Below, piece after piece: positions 62,380-64,000 of a stretch of DNA of 64,000 nucleotides. The position numbers and the translations under genes are program-made. Position 1 is the first letter of the stretch. Each line of letters opens with the position of its first letter. Source of the DNA: Mobula hypostoma (taxonomy: Eukaryota); NCBI RefSeq assembly GCF_963921235.1, contig NC_086097.1:238516001-238580000 (forward strand), written 5' to 3'. The notes beneath the pieces were generated by a model, which did not search any database, was not told where the DNA came from, and was given only the letters and a program-made list of their open reading frames with translations.

Positions 62380-62944
62380 ACACTCAGTGGCCAGTTCATT
62401 AGGTACATCAAAACACCTGCTCATTAATGCAAATATCTAATCAGTGAATCATGCAGAACAGACTTATGGGCTAAATAGCCTAATTCTGCTCCTATAGCTT
62501 ATGTGTCAGCAACTCAATGCAAACATGCAGTCATGATCAAGCTGTTCAGACCAAACATCATACGGGAAAGAAATGTGATTTAAGTGACTTTGACCGTGGA
62601 ATGATCGTTGGTGCCAGATGGGGTGGTTTGAGTATCTCAGAAACAGCTGATCTCCTGGGATTTTCATGCACAGCAGTCTCTTAAGTTTAGAGTAGAGAAT
62701 GATGGGAAAAGATTTGAAAAGTTAAAAAAAAATCCAGTGAGTGGTAGTTTTGTGAGTGAACACACTTTATTACTGAGAAAGGTCAGAGGAGAATGGCCAG
62801 ACTGGTTCAAGCTGACAGGAAATCAAATAATCATGCACTATAACAGTCATGTACACATCACATTGAACTTTGAAGTGGATGGGCTACAGCAGCAGAAGAC
62901 ACATTGGGTTCTACCTGTACTGATTAAAGTGGTCATTGAGTGTA
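62380..62944 (+). mobile_element. Non-autonomous Tc1-like transposon
   Basis: TA-CACTCAGTGGCC...AAAGTGGTCATTGAGTG-TA; homologous to 2994-4024, with no 542-bp insert. Confidence 0.75.
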
Positions 62945-63067
62945 TGTTGACATTATGTTATTCATTAGCAGTTACATACATTGAGTGTAAGTGTGATTCA
63001 AAGCCAGTGGCAGACATTGCACAAAATATTATTTGATACAATTTGGGTGTCATCATTCAAGTATATG

Positions 63068-63572
63068 GTGTTAAAACCACAACAGCGCCTCTTTCACCTT
63101 CGATGGTTGAAGAAGCTTGGTATGGGTCCCCAAATCCGAAGGACTTTCTACAGGGGCACAGTTGAGAGCATCCTGACTGGCTGCATCACTGCCTGGTATG
63201 GGAACTGTACTTCCCTCAATCGCAGGACTCTGCAGAGAGTGGTGTGGACAGCCCAGCACATCTGTACATGTGAACTTCTGACTATTCAGGAGATTTACAG
63301 AGACAGTTGTGTAAAAAGGGCTCGAAGGATCATTGGGGATCCAAGTCACCCCAACCACAAACTGTCCCAGCTGCTACCATCCGGGAAACGGTACCGCAGC
63401 ATAAAAGCCAGGACCAACAGGCTCCGGGGCAGTTCCTCCCACTGGGCCATCAAACTGTTTAATTCACGCTGATGCAATTGTATTTCTATGGCATATTTAG
63501 ATGGAGATGTAATGTAGAGATTTTTACTCCTCGTGTATGGGAAGGATGTAAGTAATAAAGTCAATTCAATTC
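63068..63572 (+). mobile_element. Rex1/Babar 3' end
   Basis: QQRLFHLRWLKKLGMGPQI..FYRGTVESILTGCITAWYG...LPSGKRYRSIKARTNRL; (CAATT)n tail. Confidence 0.88.
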
Positions 63573-64000
63573 ATCGTCCCTGAAGGCATTGGGGTTAAAT
63601 TCTTCATTCTGCACCATGGCATATTTTCAGTTTCAAACATTGTAGAAAGGCTAATCACTTCTAAAAATATTTTTTTTCTCTCTCTGTCAATAGCTTATCA
63701 ATGACTTCCTAACATTGCTCGAGTTACACGCTGACTATGGCTCTTTGCGGGAATAGGACCCACTCTCGGGATTTCACAACTGGCCGTTGTTCAGCTTGCC
63801 AAGGGCTTGGCCTAAGAGTTCGGCTCGGCTTGGGAGGCTTAGGATCTCGCGGCTCTGGAGATGGGTGGATTGAAGGTCCGTGTCCCGGATGGGTGTGTCA
63901 TGGGAGCTGGAGCATCTTTGGCTGTGTGCCAGAAAAAAGTGAAAAAAAAAACTTTGGTTGTAAACATACAATTAAATGGTATAAGTTGACAGGAGCAGCT

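Noticed and set aside
62981..63472. ORF resembling database entries labelled ALKBH8 N-terminal/DUF1891
   Set aside because: This is the C-terminal region of Rex1/Babar LINE ORFs, present many times in the window with LINE tails.

Overview
AT-rich, CpG-depleted vertebrate genomic DNA. It is most likely from a cartilaginous fish (shark/ray), judging by the repeat set: CR1/HER1-type LINEs, Rex1/Babar LINEs, RTE and Tx1 LINEs, V-SINE/HE1-like SINEs, Penelope-like elements, and Tc1/mariner, hAT and piggyBac MITEs. I see no intact host gene, rRNA, tRNA or CRISPR array, and nearly all ORFs in the track are broken retrotransposon fragments or their antisense shadows. The most striking object is a young, TSD-flanked 542-bp insertion (3209-3750). 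It consists of an RTE-LINE 5' end and 3' end enclosing 174 bp of the host gene ZFTRAF1/CYHR1 first coding exon in an exact circular permutation, which points to capture of a small circular intermediate. Other notable items: about nine Penelope-derived minimal hammerhead-ribozyme motifs (one with an intact core, one in a 71-bp perfect fold-back broken next to the cleavage site); a three-copy composite transposon bounded by MITE hairpins; a piggyBac-type MITE with triple palindromes; a young non-coding LINE-mobilised element; an RNase H/Rex chimera; and local templated duplications. Repeat boundaries were read by eye and are approximate unless a TSD is quoted.
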